From assembly GCA_964035575.1 (NCBI GenBank), contig OZ037845.1, forward strand, positions 558,001-622,000: DNA of 64,000 nucleotides, in the 5' to 3' direction. Positions 1 through 10,914 of this stretch are shown in pieces (the first letter of the stretch is position 1; the number at the start of each line of letters is the position of its first letter). This stretch comes from Rhynchopus sp. YZ270_cl-10 (Eukaryota). The position numbers and the translations under genes are program-made. A model generated the notes under the pieces. It was not told the origin of the DNA and searched no databases. It saw only the letters and a list, made by a program, of their open reading frames with translations.

Positions 1-270
1 ATCCCCTTTGTCCTTTATGGTACTCGTCCCCTGTTTTTCTTTCTTCTTCAGCTTTTTCTTTTTCTCTTTTTCTTCCTCGTCTTCATCCGCCTTTTTTGCA
101 GTACTACGGTAAGTGCAGTCATCTACTGACACATTTCCAAAAGAATGGGCGTTACTTTCTTTTTCATGAAGATAAGCGAAAACCCTGCTTGCCAGGTACA
201 TAAACACTGAATGCAGCTTGTCCAGCATCACCTCACATTTTGCAAGACGGCTGGTTAGGCAGTTGGTCAT

Positions 271-3200
271 CTAAATGTGTTTACAGATTCTCCTGAGGAA
301 TGGCACCCATCTTGTCGTCCTTGTTCTGGTCGGTGGCAACGGTGTGATCCACGTGCGGTTGGGAATATGTGGGACTCGAGACAGCAATGCAGGCCACACA
401 GGACGCGAAGCCAACACGCTTTCGGTTGATGTCTTGGGGTCATGATGTGCGTTGACCTGCGCTTCTGCTGCTTGTGTCTGCGCATTGTTCAGCCAAAATG
501 GTGCAAAGAAGTGGTAGTAATCCTCAAAGTTTCCTGCGTGCACTACACCTATAACGCGATCCTTCAGGTTGTCATCCTGCTTGCACAACGTGACCCAGTC
601 TTCCGGAAAGGTCGCGGTGGTGTGCCACAAGAACACATCAGTTTTGTCTGATGATTTTTCGACCTCTTCCCACATCCTCCCCATGGGGGCACCCTTCTCG
701 TTCTCGCTGTGCTTTACCTGCAGCACCTCATTCACATCTTTGTCTAGTCGCAAAAAGATATCTCCGTAAGGTGCCTTCTCTGCGTTCTGGAATGCAGAGT
801 CTGTGAACGGGGCACTCTGATGGTACGTGTTATTCGGTGAACATTTGCTCTGTACCGCGTCCTCCTGTTTTGAACCACGGGTCTCAGTCTGATGCACTGC
901 AAAACGGGGCGTGAGGGGGGTGTTCGTGAACTCGTGACGGCTAGGCTCATTCATCCACTGTACACCTTTGTGCAGGAGCACCACGCTCGTTGGTCCGGTG
1001 TCGTGCAGCTGAGAGAGGAGACACCTATACCACAGCACGAACGACTCGAAGGAAGCGCCGTCCTGCTTCTCCGCGAAGCACCCTGCGAGCAGGCTTCCCG
1101 TCATCGAGGAGTTGACAATAGCCCAGATGAGTGAAAGCCTGAGATATGATTTACCCCCCTCCTTTTGAATATCCATGAGGCCCTTGGATAGGTGTGCTGC
1201 GAGGTCGGTGTCTTGCTTCAGAGGCACCTTCAGCAGCGCATATCTGAGCAGCATCGTTTGATCCTCCACGCTGGCAACAATCCCGTTATACCGAATCTTA
1301 ACTTGGTCACACACAATGCTGAGCAGCTCAGATTCGTCCTTCTCAGGGTGCTCTTTGGCGACGTTACAGAGTATCTCAACCGCGCGTCCATAACCTTTCA
1401 CGATATCGAACAAATTTGTAGACCTACCCTTTGGCATGGTCTCGGGTTCTTTTGTGAGAAATGGGAGTTGCAAGTAGTGTGGGACCACGCTCGATCCCGT
1501 CAATGCATCCACCGCCGTCTTCTTTGCAGTCAGAGTGCATACGCTAAACAGGAAGAACGGAGATCCCATTTGACAGGACAGCATCACCTCTCGCAGGAAA
1601 CTACGTATCCTACCGTTGCTCTCTGGGTCTGATACTAGCTCATTGTCCGACAAGTTGTGCACTCCGTCGATCATCAGCAGGCACACCACGTTAGTCGGGT
1701 ACTGCTCTTCCTTTCCGAGATATTTGCACAGACGTTCTACAAGCTCGCTGAGAGTGAAGCCAGCTCTGTGGGCTTCGCTCCACACCACGAAGGCTTTCAT
1801 ATCGTCAGTCGTATGACCCAGCAGATGGAAACAAATCCGATCGACCACAGCAGACTCAGACGGTCTTTCGTGTTCCTTCTGGTACGAGGTCCCATTCTCG
1901 AAGGACACGTTGAAGGTGAATACCGTCTTGCCCTCCGTTTTATGCGCCAACACCTCTGGCACCCTCATGAGAGCACGAGACTTGCCCATGCCCAGACCTG
2001 CGCAGATGATTGCCTGTTCCATAGACTGCTTATCTCTTACTTTGGCATCAAATGCGGCATAGTTCTTCTCGAAGACGGCACACAACCCGATGTCGAGATC
2101 ACCACCATTTTGGTATGTCCACGTCATGCCAGAAGACTTCGCCAATGCGTGTGGCTGCTGCAGACGTTCAGCCATTCCCTGTGTTTTAATAACCTCCTCC
2201 AGAGTGATTGCTCGCTTGCCTTGTTCGACCCGAATGTACCTGAGGTCCTCCCTAATAGTCGCCAGCTCCTGGCCAATAGTCGCCAGGCGCTGGCCAATAG
2301 TCACCAGGCGCTCGCTAACTCCCTGTTTGCGGGAGGGAAAAGGATGTGCAAAACTACAAACAATAACATCAAAAACACAGTTTACACCACACTGTACATC
2401 TCCACTGCCGACTTTGCAACCCCAACACAACATGTTGCGAATGGGCCATGCTAGAAAATAAAATACAAATGGTGTAAAAAGCAAGTAGACCACTCGTCAT
2501 GCCTCCAAAAGTCCGAGGTACCCTACGCCACACAGACAGCACAACCACATGTAATGACCCACCTACTCAAAGGTTAAGTGAATAAAAACTACAAAAATAA
2601 GGGTCATACCTCCTTCTCCGTCTTGAGCTCGGGGATTCTGGCGCGTACATCGGCCTCGCTTGGTGGGACATCCACAAAATACTTCGCAGCAGCACCCAAG
2701 GCAGCGCGAGTAAACATTTTATGCTGAACACAACGGATCAAGAGATCAACGTGATCACTGAGCATCTCCTCCTTTGTGTACAACTCCTTCTTCTCTGTCC
2801 GCAGCTCCTTCTTCTCTGTCTCCAGCTTCCTCACAACGTCTTCCTTTTCTGCAACAGAGTCTTTTAGACCAGCCATGGAAGAGGTAGCCTGTTGTTCATG
2901 CAAGGGCAGGGGTACACTTCCGTCATCCACACCAGGAGACATACTTGAAGAGAAAGGGGGTTGGGGAACAGAACAGAACAAAACGAATAAAAATAGGGAA
3001 AAACAAACGTTGCAGGGCAAGTGTTTGGGTATGCGGGCGGGGGTTGGGTTTTGTGTGAAGAGGAAGGGGAAGGGGAAGAAAAGAGTCTGCGCAGTGATGT
3101 GGTGTGTGAAATAGGTGAGGTGACGTGACGTGAACAACGTGACTAACGTGGCTTCGTGCAGTTGTTCTTTGTTCTTCGAAAAGAATGTGAGCTCTATCAT

Positions 3201-3271
3201 GTCGGAGGTGCAGCTTCCTCACGCTGTGGTGCTTACCTTAAGAGGGGCCGCTGTGCTGCGAACACAGTCAT
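271..3271 (-). CDS. CR (Crinkler/RHS)-type coiled-coil + P-loop NTPase + PD-(D/E)xK-like nuclease, copy 1 (~806 aa; divergent 'C' C-terminal allele)
   Basis: Predicted exons 3271-3237, 2943-2610, 2322-271. Introns: AAG|GTAAGC...CTCTTCAAG and GAG|GTATGA...AAACAG, both in frame. Walker A AGLGMGKS, Walker B LLMIDG, FNVSFENGT, GDIFL...EVLQVKH. Family call is from motif recognition, not a search; exon 1 is less certain. Confidence 0.8.
2323..2609 (-). other. Spliceosomal intron 2 of copy 1 (287 nt, phase 0); equivalent intron in all copies
   Basis: GTATGA donor and CCTTTTCCCTCCCGCAAACAG acceptor. Joining gives continuous coiled coil ...KTEKE|GVSERL... Frameshift and stop variants in other copies fall inside it. 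Confidence 0.85.
2944..3236 (-). other. Spliceosomal intron 1 of copy 1 (293 nt); equivalent intron in all copies
   Basis: AAG|GTAAGC donor and CCCCCTTTCTCTTCAAG acceptor. Joins MTVFAAQRPLLS to MSPGVDD in frame. Small indels in copies 4, 6 and 10 lie inside it. Confidence 0.65.
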
Positions 3272-3908
3272 CAAAAACGAGGAAATGGTACACCTGATAA
3301 CCCCATTTGCGTACTTGTTGCGTACTTGGTGAAAGTACGGGGATTTTTTTTTTTTTTGATTTGTGGGTATTTTTATCCACGGTGCGCTGGTCAGAGGATA
3401 CCTGGTAAGGGTAGAAAAGGGCCGGTTTGAATCCTATATTAGAGGTTAACATCTAAAAACGGCTGCGTGGAGATCATACGAAACAAAAGCGAGGTGACCA
3501 CAGAGTTGTCAATATATCAAAAAAAGAAGTAGAGGTGAAATACAAAGCCCTCTCGTGAACAATGTACCTTGGTACAATGACCGGCTGTACCGGGGGATAC
3601 CCAACCATGCAGTACGACATCCATTTCGTGGTTTACATCTGATATGTGCTACTCCCGCTTCCACTCATCAGCCAGATGGGGATCATTGCAAAAACAGGAA
3701 CGCGAATCCTGTGTGATGTAGGGTCTGGTTGGGGAAAAAAAATGAGGGTGAGGGTGGATACCTTTTTTATTCCTGGTCTGCCCTCCTGGGCTGTGTGTTT
3801 TTTTTTTTTGTGTTTTGTTTTTGCAAGGTTTTCTGGGTTTCGTTCACAATTCCCCCAACCCCCTCCCACAATACTCCTACGCAGGATTCTTGTTTCTCTC
3901 CTACACAT

Positions 3909-4322
3909 CCCATCACGACTCGTGTCGTAGATGAAGTCCACCATGCCGTCCGTTGTGTCTTTGTACTGCTCGTAGACACCAGGCATGCTGAAGACCTCCA
4001 TCGACTTTGCGTTGTCGTCAATCCACCACCATCTGTCCCCGGCAAAGTCTTCTTCTGTTTCACGGGCGGCCTTTTCTTTTCCTATCTTTGCAACAAGTCT
4101 GTCATTGATGAAATTCACACCGGGAAGTGTTTACGGCGGGCTTGGCGACGGTCGTTGGGACAGGGAACCATCTATGTCCTGCATTCGTAGCTGCTCGTAG
4201 TATCTCTTGTACGGGCCCTGCAACGACTGAAACAAGAGCGACAGCGTTAGAAGAAACACCGCCACTCCGATAATTTTCCTGATGCTCACATGCTTCGCTG
4301 TGCGGGACACTCCTTTCCTCAT
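3909..4322 (-). pseudogene. 5' fragment of a probable type II membrane/secreted protein gene with an in-frame TAA
   Basis: MRKGVSRTAKHVSIRKIIGVAVFLLTLSLLF (basic segment + hydrophobic anchor), then PSPSPP*TLPGVNFINDRL...WWWIDDNAKSMEVF...SRDG, all in one frame. TAA at 4131-4133. Interrupted near 3908 by a fold-back insert. Confidence 0.6.
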
Positions 4323-5069
4323 GGTTTGGGTCACTTAGCCGAAATGGCCAAGTTCTTGGTTTTGGGCAAACCCCGCCCAAGCCCCCAACCCCAACCCCAA
4401 AAAAGGGATCTTTGAAATCCGGGTGAAATCGGGTGAAATTGGGCTCAGGTGGGCACAGGTGGGCTCTGGGGGGGCTATTGTGGGCTGGTCGCGGGACACC
4501 ACATCATATTCTGTGAAAATTCACTGAAATTTTGTTCATTTTTCCGTGTCCCCACCACAAGCCGGGATTGGCTCGGAAATGCAATAAAACTACCTATTGG
4601 GCGGAAAAAAACAACAGGAAACTTGCGCACTTTTTTTTGCCGTTCTTTTTCGAAAATTTTCAAACGCCCCAGAGTTAGGGTCGGGCCGAGTCGGCCGACT
4701 TTCTGATTTTCCGAACAGTCGTCCCGACTATAAATATTTTTTCGCTATATTTTCCCTTCCGTCTGACTGTTCTTCCCGCTTCCGCTTCCCTGATTCCATC
4801 CCCTTTGTCCTTTATGGTACTCGTCCCCTGTTTTTCTTTCTTCTTCAGCTTTTTCTTTTTCTTTTTCTTTTTCTCTTTTTCTTCCTCGTCTTCATCCGCC
4901 TTTTTTGCAGTACTACGGTAAGCGCAGACACATTTCCAAAAGAATGGGCGTTACTTTCTTTTTCATGAAGATAAGCGAAAACCCTGCTTGCCAGGTACAT
5001 AAACACTGAATGCAGCTTGTCCAGCCTCACCTCACATTTTGCAAGACGGCTGGTTAGGCAGTTGGTCAT

Positions 5070-8000
5070 CTAACTGTGTTTACAGATTCTCCTGAGGAAT
5101 GGCACCCATCTTGTCGTCCTTGTTCTGGTCGGTGGCAACGGTGTGATCCACGTGCGGTTGGGAATATGTGGGACTCGAGACAGCAATGCAGGCCACACAG
5201 GACGCGAAGCCAACACGCTTTCAGTTGATGTCTTGGGGTCATGATGTGCGTTGACCTGCGCTTCTGCTGCTTGTGTCTGCGCATTGTTCAGCCAAAATTG
5301 TGCGAAGAAGTGGTAGTAATCCTCAAAATTTCCTGCGTGCACTACACCTATAACGCGATCCTTCAGATTGTCATCCTGCTTGCACAAAGTGACCCAGTCT
5401 TCCGGAAAGGTCGCAGTGGTGTGCCACAAGAACACATCAGTTTTGTCTGATGATTTTTCGACCTCTTCCCACATCTTCCCCATGGGGGCACCCTTCTCGT
5501 TCTCGCTGTGCTTTACCTGCAGCACCTCATTCACATCTTTGTCTAGTCGCAAAAAGATATCTCCGTAAGGTGCCTTCTCTGCGTTCTGGAATGCAGAGTC
5601 TGTGAACGGGGCACACTCATGGTGCGAGTTCTTCGGTGAAGATTTGCTCTGCATATTGTTATGAACATTTTGTTTTGAACCACGGGTCTGAGTCTGACGC
5701 ACTGCAAAACGGGGCGTGAGGGGGGTGTTCGTGAACTCGTGACGGCTAGGCTCATTCATCCACTGTACACCTTTGTGCAGGAGCACCATGCTCGTTGGTC
5801 CGGTGTCGTGCAGCTTAGAGAGGAGACACCTATACCACAGCACGAACGACTCGAAGGAAGCGCCGTCCTGCTTCTCCGCGAAGGTGTACCCCTTGAGCAG
5901 GCTTCCCGTCATCGAGGAGTTGACAATAGCCCAGATGAGTGAAAGCCTGAGATATAAATTTTCCCCCTCCTTTTGAATATCCATGAGGCCCTTGGATAGG
6001 TGTGCTGCGAGGTCGGTGTCTTGCTTCAGAGGCACCTTCAGCAGCGCATATCTGAGCAGCATCGTTTGATCCTCCACGCTGGCAACAATCCCGTTATACC
6101 GAATCTTAACTTGTTCACACAGAATGCTGAGCAGCTCAGGTTCGTCCTTCTCAGGGTGCTCTTTGGCGACGTTACAGAGTATCTCAACCGCGCGTCCATA
6201 ACCTTTCACGATATCGAACAAATTTTTAGACGCACCCTTTGGCATGGTCTCGGGTTCTTTTGTGAGAAATGGGAGTTGCAAGTAGTGTGGGACCACGCTC
6301 GATCCCGCCAATGCATCCACCGCCGTCTTCCTTGCAGTCAGAGTGCATACGCTAAACAGGAAGAACGGAGATCCCATTTGACAGGACAGCATCACCTCTC
6401 GCAGGAAACTACGTATCCTACCGTTGCTCTCTGGGTCTGATACTAGCTCATTGTCCGACAAGTTGTGCACTCCGTCGATCATCAGCAGGCACACCACGTT
6501 AGTCGGGTACTGCTCTTCCTTTCCGAGATATTTGCACAGACGTTCTACAAGCTCGTCGAGAGTGAAGTCAGCTCTGTGGGCTTCGCTCCACACCAGGAAG
6601 CCTTTGAGCTTGTCAGTCGTATGACCCAGCAGATGGAAACAAATCCGATCGACCACAGCAGACACAGACGGCCTTTCGTGTCTCTTCTGGTACGAGGTCC
6701 CATTCTCGAAGGACACGTTGAAGGTGAATACCGTCTTGCCCTCCGTTTTATGCGCCAACACCTCTGGCACCCTCATGAGAGCACGAGACTTGCCCATGCC
6801 CAGACCTGCGCAGATGATTGCCTGTTCCATAGACTGCTTATCTCTTACTTTGGCATCAAATGCGGCATAGTTCCTCTCGAAGACGTCACACAACCCGATG
6901 TCGAGATCACCACCATTTTGGTATGTCCACGTCATGCCAGAAGTCTTCGCCAATGCGTGTGGCTGCTGCAGACGTTCAGCCATTCCCTGTGTGTTAATAA
7001 CCTCCTCCAGGGTGATTGCTTGCTTGCCTTGTTCGACCCGAATGTACCTGAGGTCCTCGCCAATAGTCGCCAGCTCTTTGCCAATAGTCGCCAGCTCCTT
7101 GCCAATAGTCACCAGGCGCTCGCAAACTCCCTGTTTGCGGGAGGGGAAAGAATGTGCAAAACTACAAACAATAACATCAAAAACACAGTTTACACCACAC
7201 TGTACATCTCCACTGCCGACTTTGCAACCCCAACACAGACATGTTGCGAATGGGTCATGCTAGAAAATAAAATACAAATGGTGTAAAAAGCAAGTAGACC
7301 ACTCGTCATGCCTCCAAAAGTCCGAGGTTCCCAACGCCGCACAGACAGCACAACCACATGTAATGACCCACCTACTCAAAGGTTAAGTGAATAAAAACTA
7401 CAAAAATAAGGGTCATACCTCCTTCTCCGTCTCGAGCTTGGGGATTCTGGCGCGTACATCGGCCTCGCTTGGTGGGACAACCACAAAATACTTCGCAGCA
7501 GCACCCAAGGCATCGCGAGTAAACGTTTTATCCTGAACACAACGGATCAAGAGATCAACGTGATCACTGAGCATCTCCTCCTTTGTGTACAACTCCTTCT
7601 TCTCTGTCCGCAGCTCCTCCTCCTCTGTCTCCAGCTTCCTCACAACGTCTTCCTTTTCTGCAACAGAGTCTTTTAGACCAGCCATGGAAGAGGTAGCCTG
7701 TTGTTCATGCAAGGGCAGGGGTACACTTCCGTCATCCACACCAGGAGACATACTTGAAGAGAAAGGGGGTTGGGGAACAGAACAAAACAAAACGAATAAA
7801 AATAGGGAAAAACAAACGTTGCAGGGCAAGTGTTTGGGTATGCGGGCGGGGGTTGGGTTTTGTGTGAAGAGGAAGGGGAAGGGGAAGAAAAGAGTCTGCG
7901 CAGTGATGTGGTGTGTGAAATAGGTGAGGTGACGTGACGTGAACAACGTGACTAACGTGGCTTCGTGCAGTTGTTCTTTGTTCTTCGAAAAGAATGTGAG

Positions 8001-8080
8001 CTCTATCATGTCGGAGGTGCAGCTTCCTCACGCTGTGGTGCTTACCTTAAGAGGGGCCGCTGTGCTGCGAACACAGTCAT
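5070..8080 (-). CDS. CR-type NTPase-nuclease, copy 2 (~809 aa; acidic 'B' nuclease allele)
   Basis: Exons 8080-8046, 7752-7419, 7130-5070. Same splice sites and motifs; a 1-nt insertion falls inside intron 2. Confidence 0.8.
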
Positions 8081-8132
8081 CAAAAACGAGGAAATGGTAC
8101 ACCTGATAACCCCATTTGCGTACTTGTTGCGT

Positions 8133-8218
8133 ATTTCCCTCAGGAAATAAATTTGCCCCAGGAAATAAATTTCCCTCAGGAAATAAATTTGCCTCAGGCA
8201 ATAAATTTCCTTCCAGGA
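8133..8218. repeat. 18-bp semi-palindromic minisatellite (~4.7 units); also at 47454-47539
   Basis: ATTT(C/G)CC(T/C)CAGG(A/C)AATAA in tandem. Confidence 0.9.
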
Positions 8219-10487
8219 TATGCACCTGGGGAACTGGGTTGCATCCTGTATCTTAAATTTTTTTGCCTGCGGCACCATTTTTTCATTTTTTGCTCCGCAA
8301 AAAAGGGTTCGTTGAGTGACTCTGGTGACAGGGATTACGCTCCACGTGTGGAACGTATGGAAATCCATACGTGAATTGTTTTGAAAAGGTGGAATCCGTA
8401 CGTGTCCATACGTGGTAATTTGGGTTTTGGATTGAGGCTGGGGTGGGGTTAGGTGAGGAGTGGGGGCACCTCTCACCTACCCCCCACAGAATTCTATTTT
8501 TAGGAGGTACCCTAACTGTTCGGTCCAATTCGGTGTAATTCGGTCCATTTCGTTTTTTTTTTTTTTTCGCAAAGGGAAATTTCCCCTTGTACCAGAAAAA
8601 CCGAAAAAAACGAAATGAAAACCGAAAAAAACCGAAATGTTAGGGTACCTTTTTTGGTCGATTTCGTTTTTTTTCCAAAGGGGGGACCCTTTGGTCGCCG
8701 AAATTCCCCAGCCAAATTTGGTCGCAAAATCGGCCGATTTTTCAAAAATCTCAAAAAAAAAAAATTTTTTCACAAGTGTTTTTGAGGCCTGCTCACTACA
8801 CCCTAGGCACCCTTCTGAGACCAAAAAGTCAAAAAAAGCATGAATTGGGCTGTTTTGAGCATCTAGAGTTTATTCCCCAGCCATTTTCTGTACCACCAGT
8901 GCACTTTGTATGGGCCAGCGCCTTGTCGAAAAATCGAAAAATCTCAAAAAAAAAAATTTTTTTTTTGGGAAAATTTCGACCACTGAGGTGGGTCTTTGGG
9001 CACCAAAAAATGCAAAAAAAATGCAAAAATCGGGTGTTTTGACCATCTGTGGTTACACAAAACACACTTCTGTGTACAAGCCTACACCAATACAGTGGTA
9101 ATACAAGGCGATTTTTGACCAAAAAAAAAAATTTTTTTTTCGCCCAAAATAGGGCGTGGTACGTCATAAAATGGCCCAAAACATCCAAGGAAAACCTTCG
9201 ATTGGGCAAATTATGAAAAAAATTTTCAAGTCAAATTTTCAACCAAAATACGGTCATTTTGTTCACACAGTGATTCTACGTCATGCTAGCTTCCTGTGCA
9301 GAACTCCAGCAATTCACCAATGCCGGCATCTATCTTTCCATTATCGCCATTGCACTTCGTTCACGCCATTGCACTTCGGTCATTTTGTGCATACCCTGTG
9401 ACTGTGGTGGCTAGAGAACACGCACATGCAGACCCGTTCCTTGCAATTTCCAGTGTTGTGTTTATCAATGCATGCATCCAGAGGACCTCTGGTTTACGAA
9501 ATCGTAGGCACTCCTGTGCAAAAATGAAGTCGGTTTTTGACCCAAAATCGGGGTGGGTGGGCCATAATTTGCTCCAAATTTGGCCGAAAATTGGGATTTT
9601 TCTGAAAATTTTCATTGTGCCCAGCAAAAATCCTTGATTTTTTGAAGAATTTTCCAAAAAATATGCTATACCCCCTATGACTGGACCCAACTCCCCTCAC
9701 TATTTTTTCCCTAAAAAAGCCCCCAAAATTCCTACCATTTTTACCATTTTTACCATTTTTGACCAATTTAGGGTACCTCCTTAGAAGACAATTTTCTTCT
9801 ATTTTACCGGAAAAGGAAGATGCACTGCGGCGCGAGCTTTCAACCCACCCTTCCCGCGACATAGTAGGCAATTTTAAGCGCAATTTTTAGAAATGTTGCG
9901 TACCGTGGCTTCGCTAGAAACTTTCGTTTTAGCAAAATATGGAAGTAAAATTTACGGAACTGGACGATAGTTACCAACAAAAGTGCCATTTTATGTCAAC
10001 ATTTTAAAGAAATGTTGCGTACCGTGGCTTCGCCAGAACCTTTGGGAAGCAATGAGGAGTGAGAAAGAAGGATAAGGGCAAAGAAAAAAGTAGCGTACCA
10101 TGCGCCTGCGGCGCAAGCTTGCATTACATCCTTTCCATGACATAGTTTGGCTGTAAAAAAAGGTGCAATTGTAAGCGCATTTTTTAGAAATGTTGCGTAC
10201 CGTGGCTTCGCCACGAGTTTAACACTGAAAAGATGGGGAATATGCTTGAACGCGCTGTTGCCCTGTTTGTCAGTAACAAGCGTCACAGATTCAAGAGAAA
10301 ACGGAGGTGTTCCTGCTGGCGGAGGAGTTGGAAAACGTCGCTCCCCCCGTATTTGTTTCCGGAATTGAGCTTCTGAGGACCTTTTTCGCGCGAAGCGCGA
10401 AAAATTTTTTTTTGCCAAAAAGAAAGAAATTGGGCGTGGAATTCTAAAATTTTTCGGGAAAAACGGCATATTTAGCGATAAGTATGT
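8134..10487. mobile_element. ~2.35-kb non-coding insertion upstream of copy 2 (composite of short repeats)
   Basis: Present upstream of copies 2 and 8 only. It replaces ~35 nt seen in the other copies. No clear TIR, TSD or transposase. Confidence 0.45.
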
Positions 10488-10914
10488 TTGTGGGTATTTT
10501 TATCCACGGTGCGCTGGTCAGAGGATACCTGGTAAGGGTAGAAAAGGGCCGGTTTGAATCCTATATTAGAGGTTAACATCTAAAAACGGCTGCGTGGAGA
10601 TCATACGAAACAAAAGCGAGGTGACTACAGAGTTGTCAATATATCAAAAAAAGAAGTAGAGGTGAAATACAAAGCCCTCTCGTGAACAATGTACCTTGGT
10701 ACAATGACCGGCTGTACCGGGGGATACCCAACCATGCAGTACGACATCCATTTCGTGGTTTACATCTGATATGTGCTACTCCCGCTTCCACTCATCAGCC
10801 AGATGAACGGGGATCATTGCAAAAACAGGGACGCGAATCCTGTGTGATGTAGGGTCTGGTTGGGGGAAAAAAATGAGGGTGAGGGTGGGTACCTTTTTTA
10901 TTCCTGGTCTGCCC

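Noticed and set aside
1192..2461. Plus-strand ORFs of 123-273 aa overlapping each gene copy
   Set aside because: Antisense shadows of the main CDS with no recognisable motifs.
2323..2493. Hydrophobic N-terminus MVYLLFTPFVFYFLAW read as a signal peptide
   Set aside because: It lies in predicted intron 2, has a non-ATG start, and is disrupted by a frameshift or stop in copies 2, 8 and 10.
4131..4133. TAA reassignment (non-standard genetic code)
   Set aside because: The ~690-codon exons contain no in-frame TAA. One nonsense change copied by amplification is the simpler explanation.
4695..4712. ACTTTCTGA as the start of a euglenid spliced-leader RNA gene
   Set aside because: The match is only 9 nt and does not continue into the rest of the leader or a donor site.
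8133..8218. Palindromic repeats as a CRISPR array
   Set aside because: The units are contiguous with no unique spacers, there are no cas genes, and the context is eukaryotic.
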